From a virus: DNA of 64,000 bases. Location: positions 92,878 through 156,877 of the IMG/VR virus record IMGVR_UViG_3300042453_002354; one strand, 5' to 3'. A program made the position numbers and the translations under genes. The notes under the pieces are model-generated. The model worked only from the letters and a program-made list of their open reading frames with translations, was not told where the DNA came from and searched no databases. Shown in pieces: positions 55,287 through 63,997 of this stretch (the first letter of the stretch is position 1; each line of letters starts with the position of its first letter).

Positions 55287-55547
55287 TTAGCTTTGATTGT
55301 GATCGTGCAATGGTATCTCTTCAATTGGTTGATCGATTCTTTCCTCCACCACGAATACATCAAAATGCTTTTCATCTTCTGGATGACAAATCTGTTCTAC
55401 AAACTTGTGATCGAATTTTGTTCGCCAATAAACAAATCTTTGAATAGTTGCATTCCATCGTGCTTGTGTCGCATTTCTGCATCTGCCACTATAGTATGCA
55501 CCATGTTCTAGGTTCGTTTTGGCTATTTTTGGTGTGTATCTTGACAC
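55287..55547 (-). CDS. Conserved phage hypothetical protein
   Basis: L.HGAYY.G.CRNA..ARW....F.YWR.KF....E.I.HPED...FDVF. Confidence 0.65.
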   Translation of the reverse strand: MSRYTPKIAKTNLEHGAYYSGRCRNATQARWNATIQRFVYWRTKFDHKFVEQICHPEDEKHFDVFVVEERIDQPIEEIPLHDHNQS

Positions 55548-55548
55548 A

Positions 55549-55770
55549 TCATTTCCTACTTTCTGTCATCCATTTCCAATCATCTTTTGCTTCTTGTAGT
55601 TTTTTCTCTAGTTCTCTGATTCTTTCTTTGAGCGTTTCAACTTCTCTCGCACCTGTTTCGTAACCATCGTACCAAGCTATTTCGACATCAGTGGCCGACC
55701 ATTCTGCCTCACGATTGAATTGATTTACATATTCTTCTGCCAATAGTTCTGGTTCTTTTGTCATTTCCAT
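55549..55770 (-). CDS. Hypothetical coiled-coil protein
   Basis: GAGGA RBS; promoter TTGCAA-N17-TAACAT at 55803-55831. Confidence 0.55.
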   Translation of the reverse strand: MEMTKEPELLAEEYVNQFNREAEWSATDVEIAWYDGYETGAREVETLKERIRELEKKLQEAKDDWKWMTESRK

Positions 55771-55857
55771 ATTGTTATCCTCGTTGTTGTCTGGTATATT
55801 TTATGTTACTATACTATAGAACACGTTGCAATAGAAAAGTAAGAATAAATATTGTAT

Positions 55858-56367
55858 ATGGTATTACGCTTTAATCAATTCATATCAGAAACATTAGTGG
55901 TATATCGAGGCTCTTTCGGTGTGTCCAATTCTCCTATTCTTTGGGTCAGTACCTCCAAGGAACATGCTGGCATTTATTCGTTTGATAGAAAAACTGGCGC
56001 AAAAGGTGAGGTCACTGAATACCGCATAACCAAAAGAATTGACGATATTGATCTTGGATTTCGTGCAGCAGAGATTTCTGTACCATTTGAAGAAGTTCGT
56101 GGCAGATTAAAAACTGCACTAATGGATCGATATGAAGAAAACAGAGTTACTGAAAAAACAGCAATCGATATCGCAGAAAAGCTAGATTCACTCAAATATT
56201 CAGGTAGCAAGCCTGTTTGGTTTTGGATGTACAAACCTGCTGTTATTCAATCAATTCGTTCAATGGGGTTTAATTGTATCAAACAACGTGAAGGTATACA
56301 ATCACACACTGGTAATGTCATCACTTATGGCATTCTTGATAGATCGATGATTTCTAAGATTTCTTAA
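55858..56367 (+). CDS. Putative ADP-ribosyltransferase-fold internal virion protein
   Basis: MVLRFNQFISE N-terminus; VYRG, WVSTS..HA..Y, G.V..Y pattern of ART-like folds; AATAAATA at 55844-55851. Confidence 0.5.
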   Translation: MVLRFNQFISETLVVYRGSFGVSNSPILWVSTSKEHAGIYSFDRKTGAKGEVTEYRITKRIDDIDLGFRAAEISVPFEEVRGRLKTALMDRYEENRVTEKTAIDIAEKLDSLKYSGSKPVWFWMYKPAVIQSIRSMGFNCIKQREGIQSHTGNVITYGILDRSMISKIS

Positions 56368-56482
56368 TTTTTACTTCTGCTCTCTTAGCTTTCTGAATAT
56401 GAAAATTTTATTCAATTTGGCAATCAAAGATCCTTTCCGGAAACGATAAAAAAGGCTTTTTAAAAGGTTTTTACTTTTGGAT

Positions 56483-57481
56483 TTAGCTCCAAAGCTGTCT
56501 AAAGTGATCCTTAACAGACTCTATCTCTTTTTGTATTTTATTCACATCTTTTAGTTTTTTCAGCTTTCTGATCAATTCTATGGTTTCTGGCACTTCTGGT
56601 GCTCTGAATATTTGTACAGTTTTTTGAAGTGGTACTAGTCTCATAGATCCTGGCTTCACTCTTTGATATAGCTCTATCGAATACGCTGGTGTTCTCATCA
56701 GCACGCTTCTCGTCACCAATATGCCGTTCAGTTCGTCTAGTGGTATGAATACCATTGTACCTAGATTATCCATATCTTGTGCTTGCATTTCTTTGGTGAG
56801 GAATGAACGCATATCAGCTTTTGTGATTTTCTTTTTTGCTGTTTCTTGTTCTAGTTTGTTCTTCGGAAACAGAGACTCCGGCGAGTTCATCGCTTTTGAT
56901 ACGGTCACAGAATTGTACACCTTTTGTGTCATCTTGATTTTCTTGCCATTTTTGTAAGCAAAAGATCTCATAGAGATTTCTTGTTCTGCATCACCACCAC
57001 CAAGTGAGGCAACGGGACGTTCTGAGTTCATAATGCTGAGTTCAAAGTATTTTGTTCTGTCTTTGTTGTGAACAGTTAGTGTGATGTACCAAAACCAAAC
57101 ACCTTTGTTCTTTACGTGTTCTCTATTGGTTTCGATCTTGCTTTCAAAGTTCTCTTTGAATATCGACTCAAAGTGTTTTTCGTATGCGGCTACGTTTAGA
57201 TTTTTGACCATCGCATCGAGCACTTGTAGCACTCTTTCGTTTGTATTGACTGTCGGTGTAGTTTTTGCGGTTCTTGATGAGGATTTCAATAGCTCGTAAG
57301 CCAAATTGATCTTCTGCATCATTTCTTTTGAACCACCCTTGTCTGGATGATTCGCAATGGCGGCAACTTTGTATGCTTTCTTGACATCATCTGACGTATA
57401 GCTAGAGGGCAGTTTGAGAATAGTTTCTGCCTCTCCTCTTGATAGTGTGATTTCAATGAGAAAGTTCTTAAAGTTTTTCAT
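56483..57481 (-). CDS. J-domain (DnaJ N-terminal) protein with capsid-targeting-like N-terminus
   Basis: MKNFKNFLIE; A..IL.L......VKKAYK..A...HPDKGGS.E.MQKIN.AYE.LK; AATAAATA at 57514-57521. Confidence 0.8.
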   Translation of the reverse strand: MKNFKNFLIEITLSRGEAETILKLPSSYTSDDVKKAYKVAAIANHPDKGGSKEMMQKINLAYELLKSSSRTAKTTPTVNTNERVLQVLDAMVKNLNVAAYEKHFESIFKENFESKIETNREHVKNKGVWFWYITLTVHNKDRTKYFELSIMNSERPVASLGGGDAEQEISMRSFAYKNGKKIKMTQKVYNSVTVSKAMNSPESLFPKNKLEQETAKKKITKADMRSFLTKEMQAQDMDNLGTMVFIPLDELNGILVTRSVLMRTPAYSIELYQRVKPGSMRLVPLQKTVQIFRAPEVPETIELIRKLKKLKDVNKIQKEIESVKDHFRQLWS

Positions 57482-57527
57482 AGCTAATAGAAACCTTTGA
57501 TCTTGCTTTCATCTATTTATTGTTATT

Positions 57528-57704
57528 TTATAGTGACTTTCCCCATTGCACTCGTAACCAAATCCTTTCGTGTGCATAGTGTGCAAATATCATCAGAACG
57601 TTGATTGCTATTGCACCTTGAAGTCCCGTCCAAAATGCTGTGATTAGTGTTGCAGTTACTCTCCAACTTAAAGCTCTTGTTATTGTTCTTTTGTGAGTTT
57701 CCAT
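57528..57704 (-). CDS. DUF2061-like small membrane protein
   Basis: ET..R...RALSWR..AT..T; Y.HERIW.RV.WG; AAAGGA RBS. Confidence 0.7.
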   Translation of the reverse strand: METHKRTITRALSWRVTATLITAFWTGLQGAIAINVLMIFAHYAHERIWLRVQWGKSL

Positions 57705-57775
57705 TGATTTTCCTTTGAATAAATAATATAATGGGTGGCATTGTGTCATATAATAATCATAGGATCAAGAACAAA

Positions 57776-58456
57776 ATGAAAAGTTTTCAAGAGTTCTTCA
57801 TATCAGAAGGCGTTAGTGATCAGGGTATCTTTAAAGCGGTATTTCTTGCCGGTGGACCTGGTTCTGGTAAATCTTTTGTTTCTAAAAACACACTGCCAAA
57901 CGCTATTCTTGGATTAAAAGTTATCAATTCGGATGAGGTTTTGGAGTTTCTACTCAAAAAACATAATGTAGGTTCAAATATGAATCTAATGTCACCGGAT
58001 GAATTGAAGAAGTTTGCTGACATAAGAGACAAAGCCAAAAAAATAACAGCAAAAAGAGAAGAAATATATCTCGAAGGTAGATTAGGTCTTGTCATAGATG
58101 GTACTGGAAGAGACTATGACAAAATTGCCAAAAAGAAAGCAGAATTAGAAAAGCTCGGTTATGATACTTATTTGCTGTTTGTGAATACTTCACTTGAAGT
58201 CGCCAGAGAACGTAATCGCAAAAGGGCTCGTAGTGTTTCGGATGATCTTGTAGTTCAGTATTGGAACGATGTTCAAAGCAATATAGGAAGATTTCAAAGT
58301 TTGTTCGGTTCACAAAATTTTACCGTTGTTGACAATAATAATGCAGATGAGGCCATATTGAACGATGTGTTCAAAGGTATTAAAAGGTTTGTAGATAAAC
58401 CACCTCGTTCACAACAAGCTAGACAGTGGATTACAGCTAAATCAGGAAATAAGTGA
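57776..58456 (+). CDS. P-loop kinase (zeta-toxin/AAA_33-like) with capsid-targeting-like N-terminus
   Basis: MKSFQEFFISE-GV; FKAVFLAGGPGSGKS; VINSD; LVIDGTG; FVNTSLEVA.ERN..R.R; AATAAATA at 57718-57725. Confidence 0.8.
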   Translation: MKSFQEFFISEGVSDQGIFKAVFLAGGPGSGKSFVSKNTLPNAILGLKVINSDEVLEFLLKKHNVGSNMNLMSPDELKKFADIRDKAKKITAKREEIYLEGRLGLVIDGTGRDYDKIAKKKAELEKLGYDTYLLFVNTSLEVARERNRKRARSVSDDLVVQYWNDVQSNIGRFQSLFGSQNFTVVDNNNADEAILNDVFKGIKRFVDKPPRSQQARQWITAKSGNK

Positions 58457-58882
58457 ATCTAGTGCTGGTTTTGTCTTCTTAAACCAATCGACTAATTTTT
58501 TGTTTGCATCTTCTATTGAAGTTTTTGATGTGATTTTTCTAAACTTCACAACGTCTCTCTGTTTGTAGTGTGAAGAGACTAACTCCCAAGAAACGGAAGA
58601 AAGATTTACGAGTTTACCGTAATTAGAAGAAAGATGCATCATTAATTTTATGCTTGCTGGTGAATTCTCTGCTATGTTATTATATGGTTTCGTGTCGTGT
58701 ATGTGTAGGTATATGTGATTACCAAGATTTTTTGAAGCCTTTTTGAATACAACATATCTATCACCCAAAACAGACTTCAGATCAGATGATAACTTTTCAG
58801 CTAAATCTACAAAATTGTCGTCGATGTATTTTGCGGTCAGTTTTTCAGACTGTTCAGCTAAAAATGTTTTCAAATCTTTCAT
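58442..58882 (-). CDS. Hypothetical protein with capsid-targeting-like N-terminus
   Basis: MKDLKTFLAE; behind repeat copy 14. Confidence 0.6.
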   Translation of the reverse strand: MKDLKTFLAEQSEKLTAKYIDDNFVDLAEKLSSDLKSVLGDRYVVFKKASKNLGNHIYLHIHDTKPYNNIAENSPASIKLMMHLSSNYGKLVNLSSVSWELVSSHYKQRDVVKFRKITSKTSIEDANKKLVDWFKKTKPALDSLIS

Positions 58883-58909
58883 GACATTTTCCTACAATTT
58901 TCTGTTATT

Positions 58910-58958
58910 TGATCACTATCTCTATTATTAGTATCTCAAATTTGGCCTGCGTTGTCAA
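58910..58958 (-). promoter_or_regulatory. Repeated early promoter/leader element, copy 14
   Basis: TTGACA-N17-GATACT-aataatagagatagtgatca. Confidence 0.85.
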
Positions 58959-58982
58959 TACTTTTTTTTTGATAAAAAGCAC

Positions 58983-60242
58983 CTATAAAACTTTGGAAAA
59001 ATGTATTCCCACCTGTTCGGCGAGATATACAGGAACGGCATTACCGATCTGAGTATATTTTGGCAACTCACGATCAAATATTCCTTGATGAGGATTTCCC
59101 GCCCTTCTCAAACCACCAGTGGTTCTACTTCCGGCAAACTGATACCAGTCTGGGAATCCTTGAAGTCTAGCCCATTCTCTTACCGTTAAAATTCGTGCTT
59201 GCGAAAAATGAACGTAGTCATCGGGTAGAGAAGTTACAGTTATTGATGGACCACTTTTATTCCAACGAGCGGGAAGAAGTCGTTGAGCGAATTTCTTAGT
59301 TTTAAGATGTGGTGGTATCTCTCCATTGTGTTTCAACATATGAGTGAATTTTTCTATCACCTTATCCGAATGATTAGAATACTCTTGTTCAGTTAGTACA
59401 GCACCCTCTGGAGCAACTTTTCCATCTATACCAGTACGAATAAGTTTCTGATATTCGTTCATTGCCTCATTAAGATACTTATCTGTGCTACTACCGTATT
59501 GAAAATTAGGATCAATTAGATCACCAAGTAGATCAATTAAGTCAGGAGCACCATAAGTAGGTTTAGGTAAAAAACCATCGGCCACTTTGCTGTCAATCTT
59601 TTCCCAAATCGATGTATCAACATCATCCCTTACACCAACAACTAGTACTCTTGGTCGATTCTGTGGAGCACCGTAATCTTTAGACAGAACCAAGGCGTGA
59701 CTAACACGATAGCACTTAATTGAATTAAAAGAATGTAAAACATCTTCAAATATTTCACCTTTAGTTCCGTTTGGTGTCCACTTAGCTGAGAGTAGACCTT
59801 TTACATTTTCAAAAAGAAAAATCTTTGGTTTAAGTTTATTAACAACCCAAGCCATATCTTGATATAAATGATTAGATGGTAGTTGTTCTTTATGTACGGA
59901 ATATGAACGTCTATGTCCAATACCGGAGAATCCTTGACATGGCGGACCTCCTACCACCAAATCCAGATCTCCATCCTCAATAGAAATCTTAAATTCTCTT
60001 TTAAGAGAATTCATGATTTTCTTAATTACTCCTTCTTTCGTAACTATATTTTTAATGTCATATTCGTGGAATTCAGGATTAGTCAATCTTGGTTCTATTA
60101 TTTGCCGATTCATCAAATAACTACTCATAGCATTTTTGTTAAGTTCGTTTACGAATACAGGATGAAATCCTGCTTTCTCCAAACCTAATGAAAGACCACC
60201 ACAACCAGCAAATAGATCGACTGCAAATTTTTTAGATTTCAT
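58983..60242 (-). CDS. DNA (cytosine-5) methyltransferase
   Basis: DLFAGCGG, GGPPCQGFS, FENVKG, PQ.R.RV, LTVRE.ARLQGFPD, QIGNAVP. Confidence 0.95.
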   Translation of the reverse strand: MKSKKFAVDLFAGCGGLSLGLEKAGFHPVFVNELNKNAMSSYLMNRQIIEPRLTNPEFHEYDIKNIVTKEGVIKKIMNSLKREFKISIEDGDLDLVVGGPPCQGFSGIGHRRSYSVHKEQLPSNHLYQDMAWVVNKLKPKIFLFENVKGLLSAKWTPNGTKGEIFEDVLHSFNSIKCYRVSHALVLSKDYGAPQNRPRVLVVGVRDDVDTSIWEKIDSKVADGFLPKPTYGAPDLIDLLGDLIDPNFQYGSSTDKYLNEAMNEYQKLIRTGIDGKVAPEGAVLTEQEYSNHSDKVIEKFTHMLKHNGEIPPHLKTKKFAQRLLPARWNKSGPSITVTSLPDDYVHFSQARILTVREWARLQGFPDWYQFAGSRTTGGLRRAGNPHQGIFDRELPKYTQIGNAVPVYLAEQVGIHFSKVL

Positions 60243-60297
60243 GTTTTTGAATTTTGCGAGGACTCAATTATCTTAATATTTAAATATACTATCTATT

Positions 60298-60326
60298 ACT
60301 ATATCACAAATGATACTACATCACAA
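60298..60326 (-). promoter_or_regulatory. sigma70-type promoter TTGTGA-N17-TATAGT upstream of the C5 MTase (distant variant of the repeat)
   Basis: tttgtgatatagtaatagatagt resembles tttgagatactaataatagagatagt. Confidence 0.5.
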
Positions 60327-60356
60327 CTGATAATTGATCAAAGTCGTTTGCATCTT

Positions 60357-61163
60357 TTATTTCATTTTCTTTTTGAGACGTTCTAAATCGGCGTTAGTGA
60401 GACTACCGAATAATTTTACAAACTGATCGCCATTTTCTAAGCTATATGGCGATTTAGTAGCACCTTGTTTTTTCAATCGACCCTGTACTCGCATGTTACC
60501 ACTGGCCACTTTAATTTTAAGAGTTTGATTCATCTTGCTACCTGCTGCACCCAATCGTAGTTCTAGGTTCATGGCAGTATTTAATTGTGGTATGGGTAAG
60601 TTTAATGGATTTTCCTTCAGATAAAACAAACCATAACCACCTATTTGTATGTAATAACACTTTTTCTTTGCATAATGATCGTGTAAGAAATCTACCCCTA
60701 CTTCTATTTTACCATTTAAGGGTCTTAAAAAGGCCTCGTCTCTTAGTTCATCCCATAGCTCACGTGGTGCAGTGAGTGGTAATCCGTTGATTGATTCGGA
60801 TAATACTTTTGGTGCATTTTTTTTGGCATACAGCAATAGTTTATCTAATGCAGTCTTTTTGCCTTTTAATGTTTTCATGATCATTTCATGAATACCAGAA
60901 TCTATTACAGTTTTCTCGGATGCATAAAACTTACCAGTCTTTTTGTCATAGTTATAGCTACCACCACCCATTTGAGCATCTATGTCCATCTTGATCTCTA
61001 CACGAATCTCGGTGTCGTCATATAGTAAAACCAAATCAGGAAGATTAGATGCAAAACCTGCCGGTAATTCTTTTATTTTTAATTTTGGTAACTTTTTGAT
61101 ATTTCTATTAAGAACGGCCATTACCTTCTTTTCATACTCTTCTCCGCCTTTTCCTACAGTCAT
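60357..61163 (-). CDS. PD-(D/E)XK restriction-endonuclease-fold protein
   Basis: G.EYE..V helix, then PDL.L......RVEIK; AGGA RBS before MTVGKGG; adjacent to C5 MTase. Confidence 0.6.
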   Translation of the reverse strand: MTVGKGGEEYEKKVMAVLNRNIKKLPKLKIKELPAGFASNLPDLVLLYDDTEIRVEIKMDIDAQMGGGSYNYDKKTGKFYASEKTVIDSGIHEMIMKTLKGKKTALDKLLLYAKKNAPKVLSESINGLPLTAPRELWDELRDEAFLRPLNGKIEVGVDFLHDHYAKKKCYYIQIGGYGLFYLKENPLNLPIPQLNTAMNLELRLGAAGSKMNQTLKIKVASGNMRVQGRLKKQGATKSPYSLENGDQFVKLFGSLTNADLERLKKKMK

Positions 61164-61209
61164 TTTATTCCTATAAAAACGTAATGAAGACAACTATTGC
61201 AAGTTTACA

Positions 61210-61217
61210 TATTTATA
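61210..61217 (-). promoter_or_regulatory. T4-type late promoter TATAAATA
   Basis: Exact consensus ~47 nt upstream of the nuclease ATG. Confidence 0.55.
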
Positions 61218-61241
61218 TTATGATTAAATTATTAGTCCAAT

Positions 61242-61778
61242 TTACGAAAAATACCTGTTCAATGTCATTAAAAGTTCTTCGTGATTATTTGAATTGTTCG
61301 TTATTACTTTTCTCACTTTCAGTTCTTGATGAAAATCTCCACTTTGATCGATTAATACAGTCAATTGTGCTTTCTTTTCTGGATTCGACCAAGACACCTT
61401 CAATCGTTCGTTTTCAATTACAGTGCTCTGTGGCATATAACAAGGGTAGCTAGAGATCAATTCTATAAACGATAGAATGCGTTCGCTATCTATCTCTACA
61501 TCATCGAGCAATGTGGACAATCTATTTTGAATTCTTTCCTCTTCATTCATTATCGACTTCAATGCATCTTTATAATTATCAAATCTTAGTATAGTTTTGG
61601 CTTTTGTGTGATATAAAGTGACTTCAACTTCATTATTCTTTGTTGACATTGCAACTACGTGATCACCCTTTTCAAAAAACTCTCTAGGAAAATATCTATT
61701 CATTTGTGTGTTTACCGACTTCTCACTAAAGCCGAGTTTATTCAATCCCTTTAAAAAGCCACTTCTACTTGTGCTCAT
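61242..61778 (-). CDS. Hypothetical protein
   Basis: 178-aa ORF. Confidence 0.6.
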   Translation of the reverse strand: MSTSRSGFLKGLNKLGFSEKSVNTQMNRYFPREFFEKGDHVVAMSTKNNEVEVTLYHTKAKTILRFDNYKDALKSIMNEEERIQNRLSTLLDDVEIDSERILSFIELISSYPCYMPQSTVIENERLKVSWSNPEKKAQLTVLIDQSGDFHQELKVRKVITNNSNNHEELLMTLNRYFS

Positions 61779-61781
61779 ATT

Positions 61782-62363
61782 TTACCTATCATTTTTTGAT
61801 AATACATCGCTATTGTTATCAATCCATTTAATTTTCGGATCATCCGAATATCCATTCTCAAAAATGTACCAAGCATACACCATCATACCTGTGTTGTATT
61901 TTCCATCTTCTCTCAAAGACTCGCCCAACATAGGATAGCGTGTAAACACATAGACACACTTTAAACCATAATTTCTATCTGAATAGACTTCATCAAATCT
62001 TTTTTTACCGTGAAGATATGATAAAGGCAAGAGCATAGCAAATTTGTTCTTCGCTACTCTTTTGGCCACTTGTATAAAATCAAAAGCTATGGAAAACGGA
62101 GGGTTTGTTATAATATAATCATACTGTTCGGTTTCGGTTAAAAAGTTCTTTTCAATGTCATAACCTGTTATTTTTGTGTTTTGCCAGTTCTCTGATAGAA
62201 TTTTTACTATAGCACCACTACCTTGTGCCGGTTCAAGTACACTCAAATCGTAATTAAACTTTTCAACATTTAATAAATGTCTAGTTATTGAATATGGCGT
62301 TTCGTAGAAATCCGATGCTTTACGTTTACCGGATGCATTGTTTGTGCTAAAGTTTTTACCCAT
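61782..62363 (-). CDS. DNA amino (N6-adenine/N4-cytosine) methyltransferase
   Basis: DFYETP, VLEPA.G.GAI, IITNPPF, AMLLPL..L.G..R, YAW.IF. Confidence 0.85.
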   Translation of the reverse strand: MGKNFSTNNASGKRKASDFYETPYSITRHLLNVEKFNYDLSVLEPAQGSGAIVKILSENWQNTKITGYDIEKNFLTETEQYDYIITNPPFSIAFDFIQVAKRVAKNKFAMLLPLSYLHGKKRFDEVYSDRNYGLKCVYVFTRYPMLGESLREDGKYNTGMMVYAWYIFENGYSDDPKIKWIDNNSDVLSKNDR

Positions 62364-62366
62364 AAC

Positions 62367-62807
62367 TTATAGTTTGCTCCCAATAGAATTTGATACATTT
62401 CGCTGAGACAGAAAAAGAACAAACAATAGCTTTTGTAATTTTGATTTATGTTCTTCTAGGTTTTCAAACTTTATAGTGTGACCTGCACTAGTAAATTCGT
62501 ATTGATCGTATACGTGGTCTTTGTTTAGTGACAACAAAATGTTATTAGTTTGCTTCTCATACAAAAATACTTGTGTGTACAAAGGCCTTGACCAGATTCT
62601 AATTGAATGATCTATTCTATTTTTAAAGTCATATCCGTGTGCTGAGTATAATTGTAATTTTTTTGCGTTGTGTGTTGTGGTAAAAGGATTACAATCAATG
62701 AACTCTACATCGAAATTATTTCTAATCGTGGGACAAATAGTTTTATGACCATCGGAATAGTGCCAGTTTCTAATCTCATCTATGATGTTCAGCTTTTTTT
62801 GTTCCAT
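62367..62807 (-). CDS. Hypothetical protein (tandem paralogue family)
   Basis: ME.KK.NI..EI..W/Y..P.I.NNF N-terminus shared with neighbours. Confidence 0.55.
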   Translation of the reverse strand: MEQKKLNIIDEIRNWHYSDGHKTICPTIRNNFDVEFIDCNPFTTTHNAKKLQLYSAHGYDFKNRIDHSIRIWSRPLYTQVFLYEKQTNNILLSLNKDHVYDQYEFTSAGHTIKFENLEEHKSKLQKLLFVLFLSQRNVSNSIGSKL

Positions 62808-63321
62808 ATATTATTCTCACAATAGTATCAATTCTATCTTTTTGTGTAAAAGAAGATATCTCTAGCTTTTCTCCATACTTTCTATGAATGGTAGTTCTGT
62901 CATCGGCGAATACTATGTAAGGACCACTTTTACTACCGGCAACGGCGCAAGGTGGACATTCAACATATATAATTGAATTGTACTTCATTCCTGTATTCTT
63001 AGTCAACACGTAAAATACAATTAATTCAAAATCGACAGGAGAAATTCCAACTATTGCCAAAACTTGATATTTACCTTCTTCAAATACGTAACACATTGAC
63101 AACTTGTGATTTACGTTTAGACAATATGGTACGACACTTTGATTTTTTAGAATGATTTTTTCCATCAATTCCAAATAAGGCAAATGATATTCTCGCTCAC
63201 AATCAACAATAAAGTTTTCTAATATTGGATTATCGTGTTTAAGTAAGTGTGTTCCAATACCATAAGTATTATGATACTGAAGTATCTCTTTGGTGATGTT
63301 TATGGTTTTTTTATCTTCCAT
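62776..63321 (-). CDS. Hypothetical protein (tandem paralogue family)
   Basis: MEDKKTINITKEILQYHN...NPILENF. Confidence 0.55.
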   Translation of the reverse strand: MEDKKTINITKEILQYHNTYGIGTHLLKHDNPILENFIVDCEREYHLPYLELMEKIILKNQSVVPYCLNVNHKLSMCYVFEEGKYQVLAIVGISPVDFELIVFYVLTKNTGMKYNSIIYVECPPCAVAGSKSGPYIVFADDRTTIHRKYGEKLEISSFTQKDRIDTIVRIIYGTKKAEHHR

Positions 63322-63367
63322 ATTGATTAACATCCTTTCGGGAAACCATAAAAAAAGGTCTTAAAAA

Positions 63368-63997
63368 CTATTTGAAATCAGATTTAACGTTTTTAAGCAG
63401 CACATATTTAATGATTTCCTCAAACCATTCATTACATTTTACCGAATTAAAATTAGCACCAAGGTTTCGATATACACGATCACTATGTCTGCGCTCAAAT
63501 GTAAACTCGCCATGCTTCGTCGCATATCTGTTTGGCCCTCTTATTCTATTATTCGATGAACTAGGAACACACACATAAGAAATATTAAAATTTGGATCTA
63601 TTACAGATGGAGTCTTATCGTCACTGTTATTAAATTCTAATACAAAAAATCCTATAGCAATTTCACTCGAATTAGAAACATATGAAGTCAATTCGCCTAT
63701 AATAAACTCAATCGATATATCAGGAAACTCTTCCAAAAAAAATGTATAGCACTGTGAGTTAGAAAGTTTGATATCCCAAAGAAAATTTACTATATGAAAT
63801 ATCTGTGTATGATCTATGCCATAAGACATCGCCTTTGCGAATATTGATTTTGCGGTTTGTAGTACAATGGCCTGTCGAGTAAAACTTCTGCTTGAATTGA
63901 AATTGGTTAATATGGGATCTGTGGCCACACTGTGTGGCGAAACTTCTGCTCGATTTACAGAATTATAATAATCAAAAAGAATTTTAGTAATATTCAT
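63368..63997 (-). CDS. Hypothetical protein (tandem paralogue family; start at window edge)
   Basis: MNITKILFDYYN...DPILTNF. Confidence 0.55.
   Translation of the reverse strand: MNITKILFDYYNSVNRAEVSPHSVATDPILTNFNSSRSFTRQAIVLQTAKSIFAKAMSYGIDHTQIFHIVNFLWDIKLSNSQCYTFFLEEFPDISIEFIIGELTSYVSNSSEIAIGFFVLEFNNSDDKTPSVIDPNFNISYVCVPSSSNNRIRGPNRYATKHGEFTFERRHSDRVYRNLGANFNSVKCNEWFEEIIKYVLLKNVKSDFK

Noticed and set aside
44871-58958. Repeated element as a CRISPR array
   Set aside because: Intervals are 0.3-3.7 kb, variable and full of ORFs; the repeat has -35/-10/RBS architecture; no cas genes in the window.
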